Source: Lytechinus pictus
Lineage: Eukaryota
Length of the DNA: 64,000 nt
Assembly: GCF_037042905.1 (NCBI RefSeq)
Contig: NC_087262.1
Span: 15,438,001 to 15,502,000, forward strand
Direction of reading: 5' to 3'
Shown here: positions 13,522 to 26,800 of the stretch, piece after piece
Numbering within the stretch: position 1 is the first letter of the stretch
Layout of the letters: every line of letters starts with the position of its first letter
Made by a program: the position numbers and the translations under genes
Notes under the pieces: model-generated
Seen by the model: the letters and a program-made list of their open reading frames with translations, nothing else
What the model was told of the DNA's origin: nothing
The model's database searches: none

Positions 13522-14182
13522 CATCAGGGTACATAACTCCCTCTGATACTCCGAGAGACAAAGGTGTCACTTTATGTGGGGAAAACATAAAATTCATGCA
13601 ACAAAATGACCTTAGGCCTACATTTACGATTCATTTATAACAACTCATCTTAAATTTCACCTTGTTTCACTCCTTTTGCCTTTGCTTTGGAGACTTCTCT
13701 TAGTCTTATGTTAGTCTGAAACTAGGTGTTTTACAGCCAGTAGTTACATGTATTTCCTCGCACGTATTATTCACTGCCAGACCAAAACATCGTAAACGCA
13801 AATTCCGCATGCGCGGGGATTCATGAATATTTATGAGTATTCCAATATATCGCGATCGGCAAAACAGCGAAACGTTCTCGATTTAAAGGAATATTCATGA
13901 GTCTTGACCCGCAATCCCCGCGCATGCGCAATTTGAGTTTGCGATGTTTTAGTTCGGCAGTGAATGATACATGTACGTGCAAGGAAATAGCTAATGGCTG
14001 TAAATCACCAATTTTGAGACTGATAGAAGTGTGGAAAAGGAGTGAAACAAGGTGAAATGTAAGATGAGTTGTTAAAATGAATCATTAAAGCCATTTGGTG
14101 CATGAATTTTATGTTTTCCCCACTTAAACAAAAGTGACACCTTTGTCACTCGGAATATCAGAGCGAGTTTTGTACCCTGATG
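13522..14182. mobile_element. Fold-back (palindromic) MITE with ~320-bp arms
   Basis: CATCAGGGTACATAACTC... matches the reverse complement of ...GAGTTTTGTACCCTGATG; inverted similarity runs to the centre (~13850). Confidence 0.8.
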
Positions 14183-14874
14183 GTTCAGGTAGGTGTAGCG
14201 GTAGTGAGGTGTAGACTGTAGTGGAGCCGACACTATCCATCACCCGAGGTACCCTGCCCCTAGTCCTTTGTTTAAGTTATTAATGGATCATATCATAAAT
14301 TCAATCACAAAAGGTTACCAAACACAAAGTCAATATTTTCTTATTATCCATCAAACCTCTGCCATAAATCATTTAAAAGTACAAAAACCTGTAAAAAGTA
14401 ATCATGATTAGACTAATTTAGTCTAATAATAATATTAACCAAAATAAATGCTGGGCAAAATAGTTTAGGACCCGCGAGAAAAATTCGCTGATGGTTGCGC
14501 CCCCTTCTTGGCTTTTATCATGGAAAGCAGTGCAATATCATTGGGCCAATTTAGCCCGACAAAAAAAGAATTGTGTGGTTTAAATTGTCTTGCTGACAAG
14601 TAATCAGCCCAAGGATTTCACAAATGTTTTCTACATTGTTTTCCCTTCACATGCTGTATGAGCAGACAAGGCTTTCTGCACAGAAATCTAGGACATGATA
14701 CCATTTTATAGAACTTTTAGAATGGGATGGAGGTTTGGGGAACATACAACATTAAACTGTGCAAGTGACAAATTATATGAATTGATATTGGAAATTAAAA
14801 ATTTGATTGCGTCCATTTTCTCTCTGTACAGCAATTCATCTTGATTTAGCATCGTGGAGGACATTGATGATATC

Positions 14875-17800
14875 ATGGGTAAGTTGCACACACTAAATCA
14901 TGGAAATATGCCTGTTGGCTAAAGCAAAATACTTACATCTACTTTTTTTTTTTCTTTCTAAGCAATCAGAGCCAGCGGCCTAGGAGTATTCCATAAAGCT
15001 GTTTGCAGTCCAAAACTTTGCAAATGAGTGGTAATTCCAACATACGTAAAAAGTATCATGAAATCATTTCAGAACATGGGTAAAATAATGTAGAGCAATG
15101 CAAATCCAAGATATATATGTAAGATTAGCTAGTGTCATATGTCATTTACATTTATACTGACCATAGGGCAGAAAAGTATTCAAGGCAAAACAGTGTGACA
15201 TTGAGGCCAATCAAAAGGGGACGTACATGTAAGGCCATGGCCTTTCGAGTGGCCTTGAATTAATAATAATAAGTCTTTGTAATGTGCTTATTCAAAATTT
15301 CCTTTAAATAATCTGAATAATTGTGCTCCCTCTCTCAATTACGTTGCAGATGGAGTTACAGAGGCCCTGAGGAAGCTCCAAGTAGACTGTGACAGCTCTA
15401 CCACTAATGGGTGTCTAGACTGTTTGCTTCAGGCACTACAGGAAGATGGTAAGACCCACATTCATCCAAAGCCCACAGGAGATGTGTAGTCCCTGTGTAG
15501 CTTGTGAAAATTGGGATGATTACTCCTACTATGGTCTCTTCCAATCTATTTCATCTCTTTCCTTTCTGTATGAAGAAATTACAGTCAGGGGCTTTAATAG
15601 GGCAATTTCACTCCCCCCCCCCCCCCCCCCCGAAATTCTAAAAAGAGCGCTAGAATATAAAAAAAGGCCCTAGAAAATCCCCCTTCACTGCAATGCCATT
15701 TAAAGCTTATCCAATTTTGCAGATTTACATGTTGGCAGTATGTTACAAAAAGTAGCCCTCGAAAATGAAAAATTATTATTTTTGCCTGGTATGTTCCCAT
15801 TTCTTTGGGTTTTTTTTTTAGAACATGGCCACATTAATAGTAGGCTATATTGTCCATTCTCACAATATGTAAGAGCCTACATGTACATGTAGTTTGAAGT
15901 TGATTGATCAAGCAGATGGATCATCTACAAATTTAGTTTTTACATGTATATTTGAAGTAAAGATTATACCTTTTTAGATTTTCAAGGTCAAAGGTCACAA
16001 GTCATTCTCTACCTGAAAAATTGCCCATTGTCATGATACTTTTTTAATGAATCATATACAAACTCAAGTAAGAAATGCAATTATCTGCTCTGGGGATCAT
16101 GAGATCAAAAAGGCACTGAGATTTAAAAAAAAAGGTACGGTAGTAAATGTCACATGGAGTTGGTCCTTTTCTTAAGTAAAAAAAAAGATAAATAAGTATT
16201 AAAGCAAGATTTGATCTCTATGCAGAGAGAAGTGTCTGATGAGATGGTTAAAAAAAATAATGATAATAAATGAACATCAATGTCTGAGAAAAATTGCAAA
16301 TTTGTATAGAAATTAGTCAAACTACAGCCCCTACCCCCATTTCCTTCTTCCTCAATAAAAACCTGATTTGGATATTTCATAACCAATGCACAAACGTCAT
16401 TGTATACTATAAATGATATGGCCAAGTACTATTCATATGTGAGCAAACCCTTGAAAGGTCACTGCACTCTCTCCATGCTACATACACTATTGTGGTACTA
16501 TCATTGGTTTCTGTAGAAGCCTATACATACAAGTAATACCAGCATTTATTGAGTGTGGGTTATGAAAATAATACTTGTAGTAGGGCAAAGCTCATTAAAA
16601 CCATTAAACTACTCAATTCATTTATACTTCAACAAGAATATTCACATCTTGTGGTATATTAATATTTATTACCTGTTCAGTGGAAACTATTGGTATTTTG
16701 ATCTACATGTATTTGTTTCTCATGACCTGTAATACTTTAAAAATGAGGATAACATGCATGATGCTATCTTTCCGGCGGCAATGTCATTCCTTGACCTGAA
16801 TTAATTGCTTTTCTGCAAATTGACTAAATTTCTCGGAGCTATGCTGTTAACATTCTGTACCAAATTTTCTTGTTACATCTACATGTAGTAACACATGTAC
16901 ATGGAGCATTTTCATGCACTTCAAAAGAATTTGGAATTATTACCTTGGCTTTGTCTCTTGCGATAGTAGCTTCTAGTAGATTGAAGAAAAAGGTGGTCTT
17001 ACCCAGTACCCACTTCTTACCCTGGATCAAGTTCAACAGTGTTTTGTAAAATTCTTTTTGTGGATTTTTGCTGCTCATTAGCTAGAACATTTTGAAGCGG
17101 TTTCTATTGCAAGGAGAGTCCTTGTTAAAGAAAGTTGCCAGTCATGTGTAAGTTTGTATTGTATCTTTATGGTACGATGTATTTCAGATTGTCTGTCAGT
17201 GATTAATAGGCAAAAAAGGTTGGTTAACCTTTTGACTACTGAATTCTGTGTATCCCATTAGGTTTATACCTAGGTACTTGTTGGAGAATACCTGTAGTCA
17301 GATATACAGAATACTTATTTTTAAAGTGAAATTCATAATGTTGTTTATGTCTGCTCATTGCATTGCAGTTTATATAGGTCTATCCAAAGCAAAATTTAAT
17401 TTCAGATTCATGAAAAATAATAAATTTGCATAAGAATTACTTATACACAGTATTCATTTATTTAAATTAGGTGTTTTGCAATTGCTGCTGTAAATTTACT
17501 TTTCGTTTCTTGGGGCTCTCTGTGCCTCTGGAGAGATGTCTACCAAATAGTGGAGTCTGGTATCTTAGATATATGTATTTGAAATTGATTTGCCAAATTT
17601 ATTTTTCTTTTTCTATCTTGTAGCTCTTGGTGCAACTACTGAGATGGTACAGAATGGTGGGATACAATGTCTTCGAGATATCCTCTCTAGATCAGAATCA
17701 GCTCCCCCTAATCTCCTAGCCAACGCTGCCAAGATTGTCGCGGAAATGGCCAAGCATGGTAAGGGTTTTTCTTTAATCCTGAAATAACAAGCAACTCCAA

Positions 17801-20800
17801 GTTATTTATTAGAATTAATTGGAATTCTAGACTAACACAAACACTAACTCTTATGGTAATATATGAGTTTCAGGTGTGTTTTTTTTTTCCATTGTAAATA
17901 TATAGTGGAGTATAGACAGAGAGAGGGGAGATGTGGAGAGAAAAAGGGAGTCTGAGAGAAAAAAAAGGAAAGGGTCAATTATAATACAGAAGATTCATTT
18001 TCATATGTAAAACTAAAAATCAAAAGTTCTTTATTGAATTTTTAAGGTATTTGTAAGGTGTTTTATACATGTCTTTCTTTTCTATTGCAGAGGAGATTCG
18101 AGAGCCATTTGTTGAGGGAAATATTGTACTGCCTCTGTGTTCATGTTTGTTACGGAAGAACTATGATGTATTGGTACAGGCTTGTAGAGCCCTTGGCAAT
18201 CTCTGCTGTGACTGTGGTAAGTCAATTTACACTTGAATTATCAGAACCCTATTGCATATAAAACCTTATTTTCCATCGTTCAGTTATGGTGAGACCAAGC
18301 TCATGGACATTTTTCATTAGCCTGTTTTCTAAAGTCCAGTTTAATTTAGACCATTGTGGTAGCTCTGTGCTGAAATTATAGGAAGCCAAAAACATCAAAG
18401 TTTTGTTTACATTTCATTTTTCTCAAGTTTGCTGTGTTCTTTCATAATTCTGTAATGGTGAAGGCATCTATTTCATTCATCCTTCCAAGACAGTAAAGAA
18501 AGATTTGTGTGTCAAATAGCTAATAAATTGAACCTCTACTATTTGAGATTTATGTCACAACTGGCTATCCATAGTTAAAACACATCTTTATACCAGAGTT
18601 TGATTATACCTGACTTTATATTATTGTCCATGGTGTCCAGACATTGTGAGACAAGTCATTGATACTTATCAATAAAGTCATATATATGTATTTGTCGAGT
18701 TATGTAGAGTATTATTGGTGACAATGATTAAATTGTTGCTCCGTCTTTTTTTACAGACAAGGCCAGGGAAGCCCTCTTTCAGGGAAGAGGTCTTGATAAT
18801 TTGATGAAACTCCTGGAGGAAAGACTATCAGTCCCTGAAGAAAATGCTGAAAACCAAGCACTATGGAATGCAGCATGTGGATGTTTAATGAACCTTACAT
18901 ACGATAGATGTGAGTCTCACTGTAGTCTGCAGGCACAGACCTTTGGTTTTTGTGATTTGCACAATGTATAATGCAGAGTCTGAAGTAGTGAGGCTAGATT
19001 CACTATATACTGTGACTGCCTCCTCCACTTATTTATTTGACAAATGGAGAGTTTGGAGCTTAGTCTTCACTCTAGACATAGTATAATTGGCTGAAGTTTC
19101 AAATATGGGTCTGTGCTTGTAGACTATTCTCACTGATTGAGGTCATTGAATCTTCTTGGATATGATAAGTGATAGGGTTTTAAGGCCAGGCCGACCTCAA
19201 CAAGTTGATTTGAACAAGTTGAGAAAATCAGCCAAGCCTAGCACTGAAATTTCATCAAAGTCAGATGTAGAATTATGGAGGAATAAATATTATTTTTTGA
19301 ATGTTCCTTTTTTCACAAAACAGTTATGCTGTACATATACGTACTACATGTCAAGTTTGAACATGCAATTTATATTTTTCTTCTCTTATTTGCTCTGTAG
19401 CGCCTTGAGCATCTAATTAAGATGGAAAGTGCGCCATTTCCTATGTACATGTATTATTATAAGTAATATTATTATTTGCTTGTCCTGTGTCCTGTAAAGT
19501 GTGGAAATCAATTTGAATCTTCTTTCAACACCGGGCTAGACGAATGTGATAGTGTCGTATTCTTCACATTTTTTAATGTCATATTTTGAATTGATGCAGT
19601 GGATGTACAGAAGAAGGCTGTATCTCTGGGAGCCATTGATCTATTGATTACACTACTGAAGAGAAATGAGACAGACACTGGCCTCTGTGGCACAGCTATA
19701 ATGTGCTTTGGCAATCTTGCAGAACCAGGTTTGTATTTCTAAAAGTTATGTTGATAATAATAATTTTAATAGTGACTGTCAAGTATCTACTAATCACTAT
19801 CTATTGACCAGTTTGAATGCTGATTGATATGTTTTTCCTTGTTATCAAATGTAGCCTTTGTGGAGTTGTTGTGGCTCAGTAGATAGGTTTCCCGACTTTG
19901 AACCAAAAGGGCCGGGGTTCAATCCCACTTCAGCCCCAGCATCCTTTGACAAGGCACTCATCTAAATTTACCACTCTCTACTCAGATGTTGTAAATGGGT
20001 AGCTGGTAGGAAGAGATTCCTTGAATGCTCAAGCATTCATGTCACAGTGTTTATATCAAGCCAATGGAAATATTTGTACTTGATGACAATTTTACTATCA
20101 ACTGTATATTATTGATAATTATATTTTGTTGAATTTTCAGCTGATACACGAACAGCCTTTGTCGGTACAGAGGCAGCCGAGTGTATGGTGCATGCCATTA
20201 AGAAAGTAACAGGTGACGATCAGCTAGAAGGTATACTGGAAATCATCGCTTCACTTGTAGAAAATGGTGAGTAGATTACAGTCTTTGTTGTCCTTGCACC
20301 AATGTTCTTTCCATTATTTTCATAATAAATAAATGATACTGAAATTTCAAATTCAAATTCATTTATTTCACATCTCTAAAAAACATACAAGATACAATAC
20401 ATCGAGATCAATCAAAATGATTCCATAGTAATGGAGTAATGAATATTGTAAAATGACAATTTAACAAAAATAGCAAAATACATAGGGTAATGAATGCGAT
20501 GTGGGGGAATAGCAAAAGCCAAATAGACCTATCTAGGCTACTCCCTGATTAACATTCATTACTGAAAAAAGACCTTCTTGCAATCAATTTATTAGATTGC
20601 AAGAAACACACATTTCAAAAATAAACAAAATGAACAAACTAGTGAAGAATTTGAATAAAAACAACAAATATATTACAAAAAAAATATTTAAAAAGCATAC
20701 ACATAAAACAAGCAAGCTTATTCACTGAGAACATGGTGAAGTATACATATTTAGAAGGTAAGACTTACATCTTACTTTAAATGAATTTAGCGAAGGACTT

Positions 20801-23800
20801 TCTTTTATTTCAGGGGGCAAACTGTTCCATATGAGTGGTCCACTATAACTTATGACTGTTCTTGAGAAAGAAAAACGGTAAAAAGGAATGTATAAATTAT
20901 CAGAGTTTCTTGTATTATATTTGTTTACACTGCGATTTGTTTTAAAATAACTGTTGAATGTGTAAGGCAACTGATTCCTGTAGTATGAAAACATAAAACT
21001 TGCAGTGTGAAGGGTATGTATATCATAAATTTTCAGAATCTTTAATTTACAGAATAATTCATGAGAGTGAGCTAAATATCGAGAATTTGTTATTATTCTC
21101 ATTGCCCGTTTTTGTAGGCGAAATAATTGTAGCATTAAATTTATAGCGTGCTTCTGACAACAGCTTCAAACGCTGTAAGTGAAGTTACATAAGTCATATT
21201 TTGTCTACTGCTGGCTAAACCACACCTTTGACTTGAATATATTGATTTCATATTAAACATAACTTCCAACTAAAAATTGCCACCCGGCATGTGTTTGTAT
21301 TCATGTGTAAAAGTATGTACAAAATTATTTTGGTAAGAAATGAGTAATGGTGGAGTAATAAAGCAAAGCAAGCTTGGCGTTCTGTTGGTAGACAGGGTCC
21401 TTTTCCAAGCAATGAATATACGTGTGCCCATGTGTGCTTATCTGTGTTAGCAATTTCATCTTAGTCAGTGTAGATTCCATAATTATACAGCATCTGATGA
21501 CTGGGGTAATGATATATTTGTTATATTCTGAAGTCTGGTTTAATTTAAACTCTGGTTTTACGTTGTGGTTTAGCTATGGAAAGCCAGTTGTTACATGAAT
21601 CTATAACAGTGGAGGTTCAATGTATCACCTCATTTTACTCCCAAAACATTATAACTGCCTGGGAAGGATAAGTATGACAGTTGCATTCACCATTAAAGAA
21701 TTAGTAAAGGGCAAATTAAACATGAGAAGCATTCACTGTAAACAAAATTTTGAAACGTTTGGCTTCCAATAATTTTAGCACAGAGTTAGACCATGGTCTA
21801 AGTTAACCCTAATTCTCCCGGGGGGGGGGGGGGGGGGCCATTATGGCCCCCCCTCGACAATTTTCGCGATATATCTGCTGCGCAAATTTGTTTGACCTCG
21901 CCGCTCACTGACTTTTTACTTTCAAGTCTCGCGCAAATTTTGAGACCAAATTTGTGACGCCCGGGTACGTGGTTACGACATTACGCAACATTATGTAAGT
22001 GCATGTCAGACCCAAAATTGCTCATAAACGTGATTTCATGTACAAATCCAATGCAAATTGTGTATTTGGCCAAAATTCATAAATGTATCATTATTTCTAC
22101 TTTTAATGATTAAAATTAATTAATTTTGCCTTGTTTATGATCAGAATTAAGTCTGGAACTATTTCCATCGAAAAAACAATAAAAAACAAAAAGTAAAAAA
22201 ACAAAGAAATACATAAGAAATTTAAAAAACAATAAAATACATAAGAAATCGGTCTTTGTACCAGAATTTTTTTCATTCACAATTGTTAGGAATGCTATAA
22301 AGAATATTTTCACCAAAAAATAGCATTCTAGGAGCTTTATTTAGTGAATCAGAGCAAAAAGTATGATTTCATGAATAAATTAGCATAATTAATTCATATA
22401 AAATAAAAATATATGAATTCAGTGAAATATACCAATGCAACTGCGTAGATTACGTCATTCTCTACCATCATGCAAATTTTCGTTGTGATCGCGCAATCCA
22501 CGGCTGAGATCTTAAGGGGGGGGCCATAATGGCCCCCCCCCCCCCCCCCCCCCCCGGGAATGACAAGAATCAAAATACCCCGGGAGATTGAGTGTTAAAC
22601 CCGACTTCAGAATACGGGCCTAAGAGACATTGTTTTGGTGTATTAAGGTCTAAATATGTACATGTTAATATTGTTACAGTTTTCAAGTAATTCTCTTAGA
22701 ATTATTGGATCTTCATCTATGAATTTGCTAACAATCAACCAAGATTTTGAAGCCTTTCCCTTAATATTTTTGCTCACTACCATTGCTTGAGTTAAGCTTT
22801 AATAAGAAAACTGAATTTTTTTTCTTTTCTGATCCAGATGATATGAAGCTGGATTTTGCCAAGTCTGGTATTATAGACACATTGTTAGATATGTTGACTG
22901 CTCGCACTGCTTCTTGGACGTCAGAAAGCGCTCCAAAGATAGAAGAATTTGACGCAGTCAGGGTTTCAATCGATCTTCTGGTTTTACTTCTCACTGGAGG
23001 TAGGTCATGAGATTTGTTTTTTTAAATATTGCTGCACATTATGGCTGTAATGACAGAATGTAGCGATGTCATACGTAGATATAAAATCATGGGGCAGAGT
23101 GGTGGTGTAGTGGTTCTGACTCTTGCCTTGTAATCAGAGGGTCGTGTGTTCCAATCCCACCGCGGTCTAGCGTCCTTTGGCAAGGTGTTAATCCACACTT
23201 TGCCGCTCTCTACCCAGGTGCTAAATGAGTACCCGGTAAGATGTGAGAATCATTGTAGCTTGTCCAGCATTATGTTTGCCTCATTGCGACTGGATGGAAT
23301 ACTCCCCAGGGAGTGGAGGGTGTGCATGTGTTTGAATGACTGATTGAATCTGACGACCGGGATAATAATAAATCTGTAAGGTCTTAGATACATGCAATGC
23401 ATATCTTACACGCATTATAGATAACGAGATTATAATCTTGATTTTGGGATTATTGCCTGACAACAATATTTTAGAAGTTTTCTTTGGTAATTGAGAAGTG
23501 TCATCTTTGTCCTGGCTATCACTCTTCTGGTCGGACTCTCCAGGGGTGTGAAGACATTCTTCTCTATTGCTCCTCACATTGTGGACAATTCAAAATTTTA
23601 TTCAAGGTCGACATGTATATACTTTTTTATTGATGACTTTTGCATCCCAAATGCTATTGAGTCATAATAAGAAATTATTAGTTAAATTATCTTCATAAAA
23701 TTTCTGCATGTTTTAGAAATAAAAAAAATACATGTTGTTTCAAAAGATAGAGCCGGTGTATACCAGTGTGTTCATATTTCATAATTTATCAGCTAATTTT

Positions 23801-26800
23801 GGAATGTTCAGAACAATACTCATTGCAGTTGGTATTAGAGAAGCAAATCATTTTTCAATAAATAAAAATGAGATATAAAGTAGTAAGTTGGCATCATTCA
23901 ATTATCAAATAATTTACAGTCTGTGTCTTTTCACAGGTCATCATTTCTGACAATGATTAATTAGCTGAAAATGCAATATCATGCTGCACTATTCCACAAT
24001 ATAACCATTAGTTCTTTAAATCTATCTACAGACGAGTGTATGGCATATATATTCCAAGAGGGCGAAGGGTCGTTCTTTAGGAATGTCGTAGATACATGGA
24101 TGACGTCACAAATAGAATACTTCCGCATATCTGCTGCCCTCGCTATAGGAAACTTTGCTCGTAATGGTGAGTTACTCAAAGTAAATTGTTTGGGAAAGGG
24201 AGGGAGGGAGCTTCAAGATTAAATGTGCTAGAAATGAATGTTAATCCAAATATTATAGAAATTAATTTAGACAAAATAAAATGTAATAAAAATGTGTCTG
24301 TATTTGATCTTTGCTCATGGGCATTTCCATGAAGTGTGTGCATGTGTACATCCAATCCCCTTCTTGTAGGACCTTTCTGAAATGATCTGATTCAGCTGTG
24401 TTTCAGATGAAAAGGTGTATTGCTCTCAAATTATCATGGCTTGAGTAGTTAAACAAGTGAAGTTGAAGATGGGATGTGCAAAAAGGTTGATTATTTCATG
24501 GAATTGCCCTCATTCTAAAATCTTCCTAGATAACTGAAACATTCACAAGTGAGGAGTATAATGTATAATTTCTTGCGTTTGTGGTTTACATGAAGTTACT
24601 GACATTAAATTAATGGTGTTGCATTGTATGAAGCTAGTATCTAGTGGGATCGTTCCTCGGCTGCTTCGACTTCCCAAGCCATTTCTTGTGCTTGTGGTTT
24701 TCATTAATAATTGATATCAAATGAATGGTGTTTTTTTCTCGCAGATTTGAACTGTATAAAGCTAGTATCGAGTGGCATCGTGCCTCAGCTGCTTAGACTT
24801 CTCAAGCCATACGAAGGAAAAGAGGTTGATACAAGGCTAACCCACGCTGTACTCAGTGCTCTTAGAAACCTTGCCATTCCAAGTAAGATCAACATCCCAT
24901 ATTCCTACTGTATAACCCAGCATTTCCCAGTTCATTCTTGGTTGGTCTATAATCATCCTAACAAACAGTTGTTTGATGGAATATTTCTTGATTTTAAGGA
25001 ATAGAGAAATATCAAACAAGCTTGAAAAATAAGTAAATGAACAGTGAGATTTACTCATATTGAGTGCTAAATGTATTGATGTCTTGAGATCCTCCACTGT
25101 TTCATGCTGCTTCATATTTATCCCAATTTTAGACAACAGTATAAGTTAAATCAGAGTTGAAAATATGTGCCTTGGTCTTTATCTTGACCTTGCGGATTCT
25201 AGGCCCTGTCATCAGTACTTACATTTATTCTCTCTTTTTTTGTTGTTATACAGAGGTTAACAAGTCTATAATGCTAAGCTGTAATACATTGGATGAGATT
25301 CTACCACTACTTAAATCAGAGATGCTGTTTGTGCAATTCAAACTCCTTGGAACGGCCAGAATGTTGGTTGACAGTATGGGTAAGCCAATATGCTAACACA
25401 TTTGTTTAAATTTAAGGATCTTTATATTGTGATGTACTCTTTTCTTTAAAAAAAAAAAGGAAGACATCCTTTCCTACTTGAAGGGACTGCTACTCAAATT
25501 CCTATTGATATTATGTTCTGACTTGTTCCCTGATTTGAAATGTCTGATGATTTTTCTAGTCTTATTGTTTAGATTTAGGGTTAATTCCTCCAGTAATTCT
25601 ATTACGATTTCAAAATATGAGATTGGGATATAATGTTGACTTTTGCCAATAGTATGTTTTCCACACTGAAAGGCATCTTTAACAGTTAATTCATAACTGG
25701 AGTGAATTTCATTTTTAATTAATTAAAAATCAAATAATTTTGAAAATAATGCAGTATGATCATGCTTTACACTAGAAATATAATGAAGATTGAAAGAAAC
25801 ACGTAAATTTCCTATTTCATTTTGCAGCCGAGACAGCAGTAGATTTAGGTCAAAGGTCAGAGTTCATCCAAAGGGTCGTGGAGCTTTGTGCCTGTGAAAT
25901 ACATCCTGGGGTCAGTGGAGAGGCAACAAGGTACAGTACAAATATCATATTGATTGATTTATTTGTTCATATTTCTAGTTCATTTTCATTTCATTTCATG
26001 GTTTATTTATTTCCAGTAAAACAATCATGCACATCCTGCAGCCAAAAAGCTGAAATGTATGTATTTACAAAGGTATAGCAAGGGTAATGACCCCAAGACA
26101 GACAAGGGTAATGCTACTGTTGTGATGGACAGATTGGATTATGAGGCCAAGGTTCAAAGACTACTGGATTCAGGGACCTATAGGAAACTTCCTAGAGACC
26201 CTACACCGGCCATCGAACGTAGGGTTAACGATAAGCTCCTCTCTCTCCAGAGGAAGGATGTCTTGTCTAGACCCCTTTACCGACAACTCCGGAGCTCGTC
26301 TGGTCTATGTCCCATAATCTTTGGGCAACCGAAGATTCATAAACCAGACACTCCACTCAGACCTATTGTGTCTACTAGAGGATCTCCCACGTACGCACTG
26401 GCTCAGCATTTGACTAACATCTTACAGCCTCTTGTTGGTCAGGGCGTACATCACGTGAGAAACTCTAAACATTTCGTTGAGCAGATCTGTCAGATGAACG
26501 TCTCTAACAGTGACCTCCTCATCAGCTTTGATGTTGAGTCATTGTTCACAAGTGTACCAGTTAAGGATGCTTGCGCCATCATCCTTGAGAGATTGAAATT
26601 CGACAGAACTCTCCCTGACAGGACACAGTTGTCTCCTCTAGAGATCCATGACCTGCTTGAGATGTGCCTCAATTCCACCTCTTTCAGATGGAGAGACACA
26701 TTCTACAGGCAAACGGAAGGGGCTGCCATGGGGTCTCCCCTGTCCCCAGTAGTAGCCAACATGTTCATGGAACATTTCGAGGAGACGGCTCTCCAGTCAG

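Noticed and set aside
26059-26081. N-terminus of the 556-aa ORF as a true start
   Set aside because: Lies in host intron/TSD sequence; the PLE is 5'-truncated, so this is not a full-length autonomous ORF.
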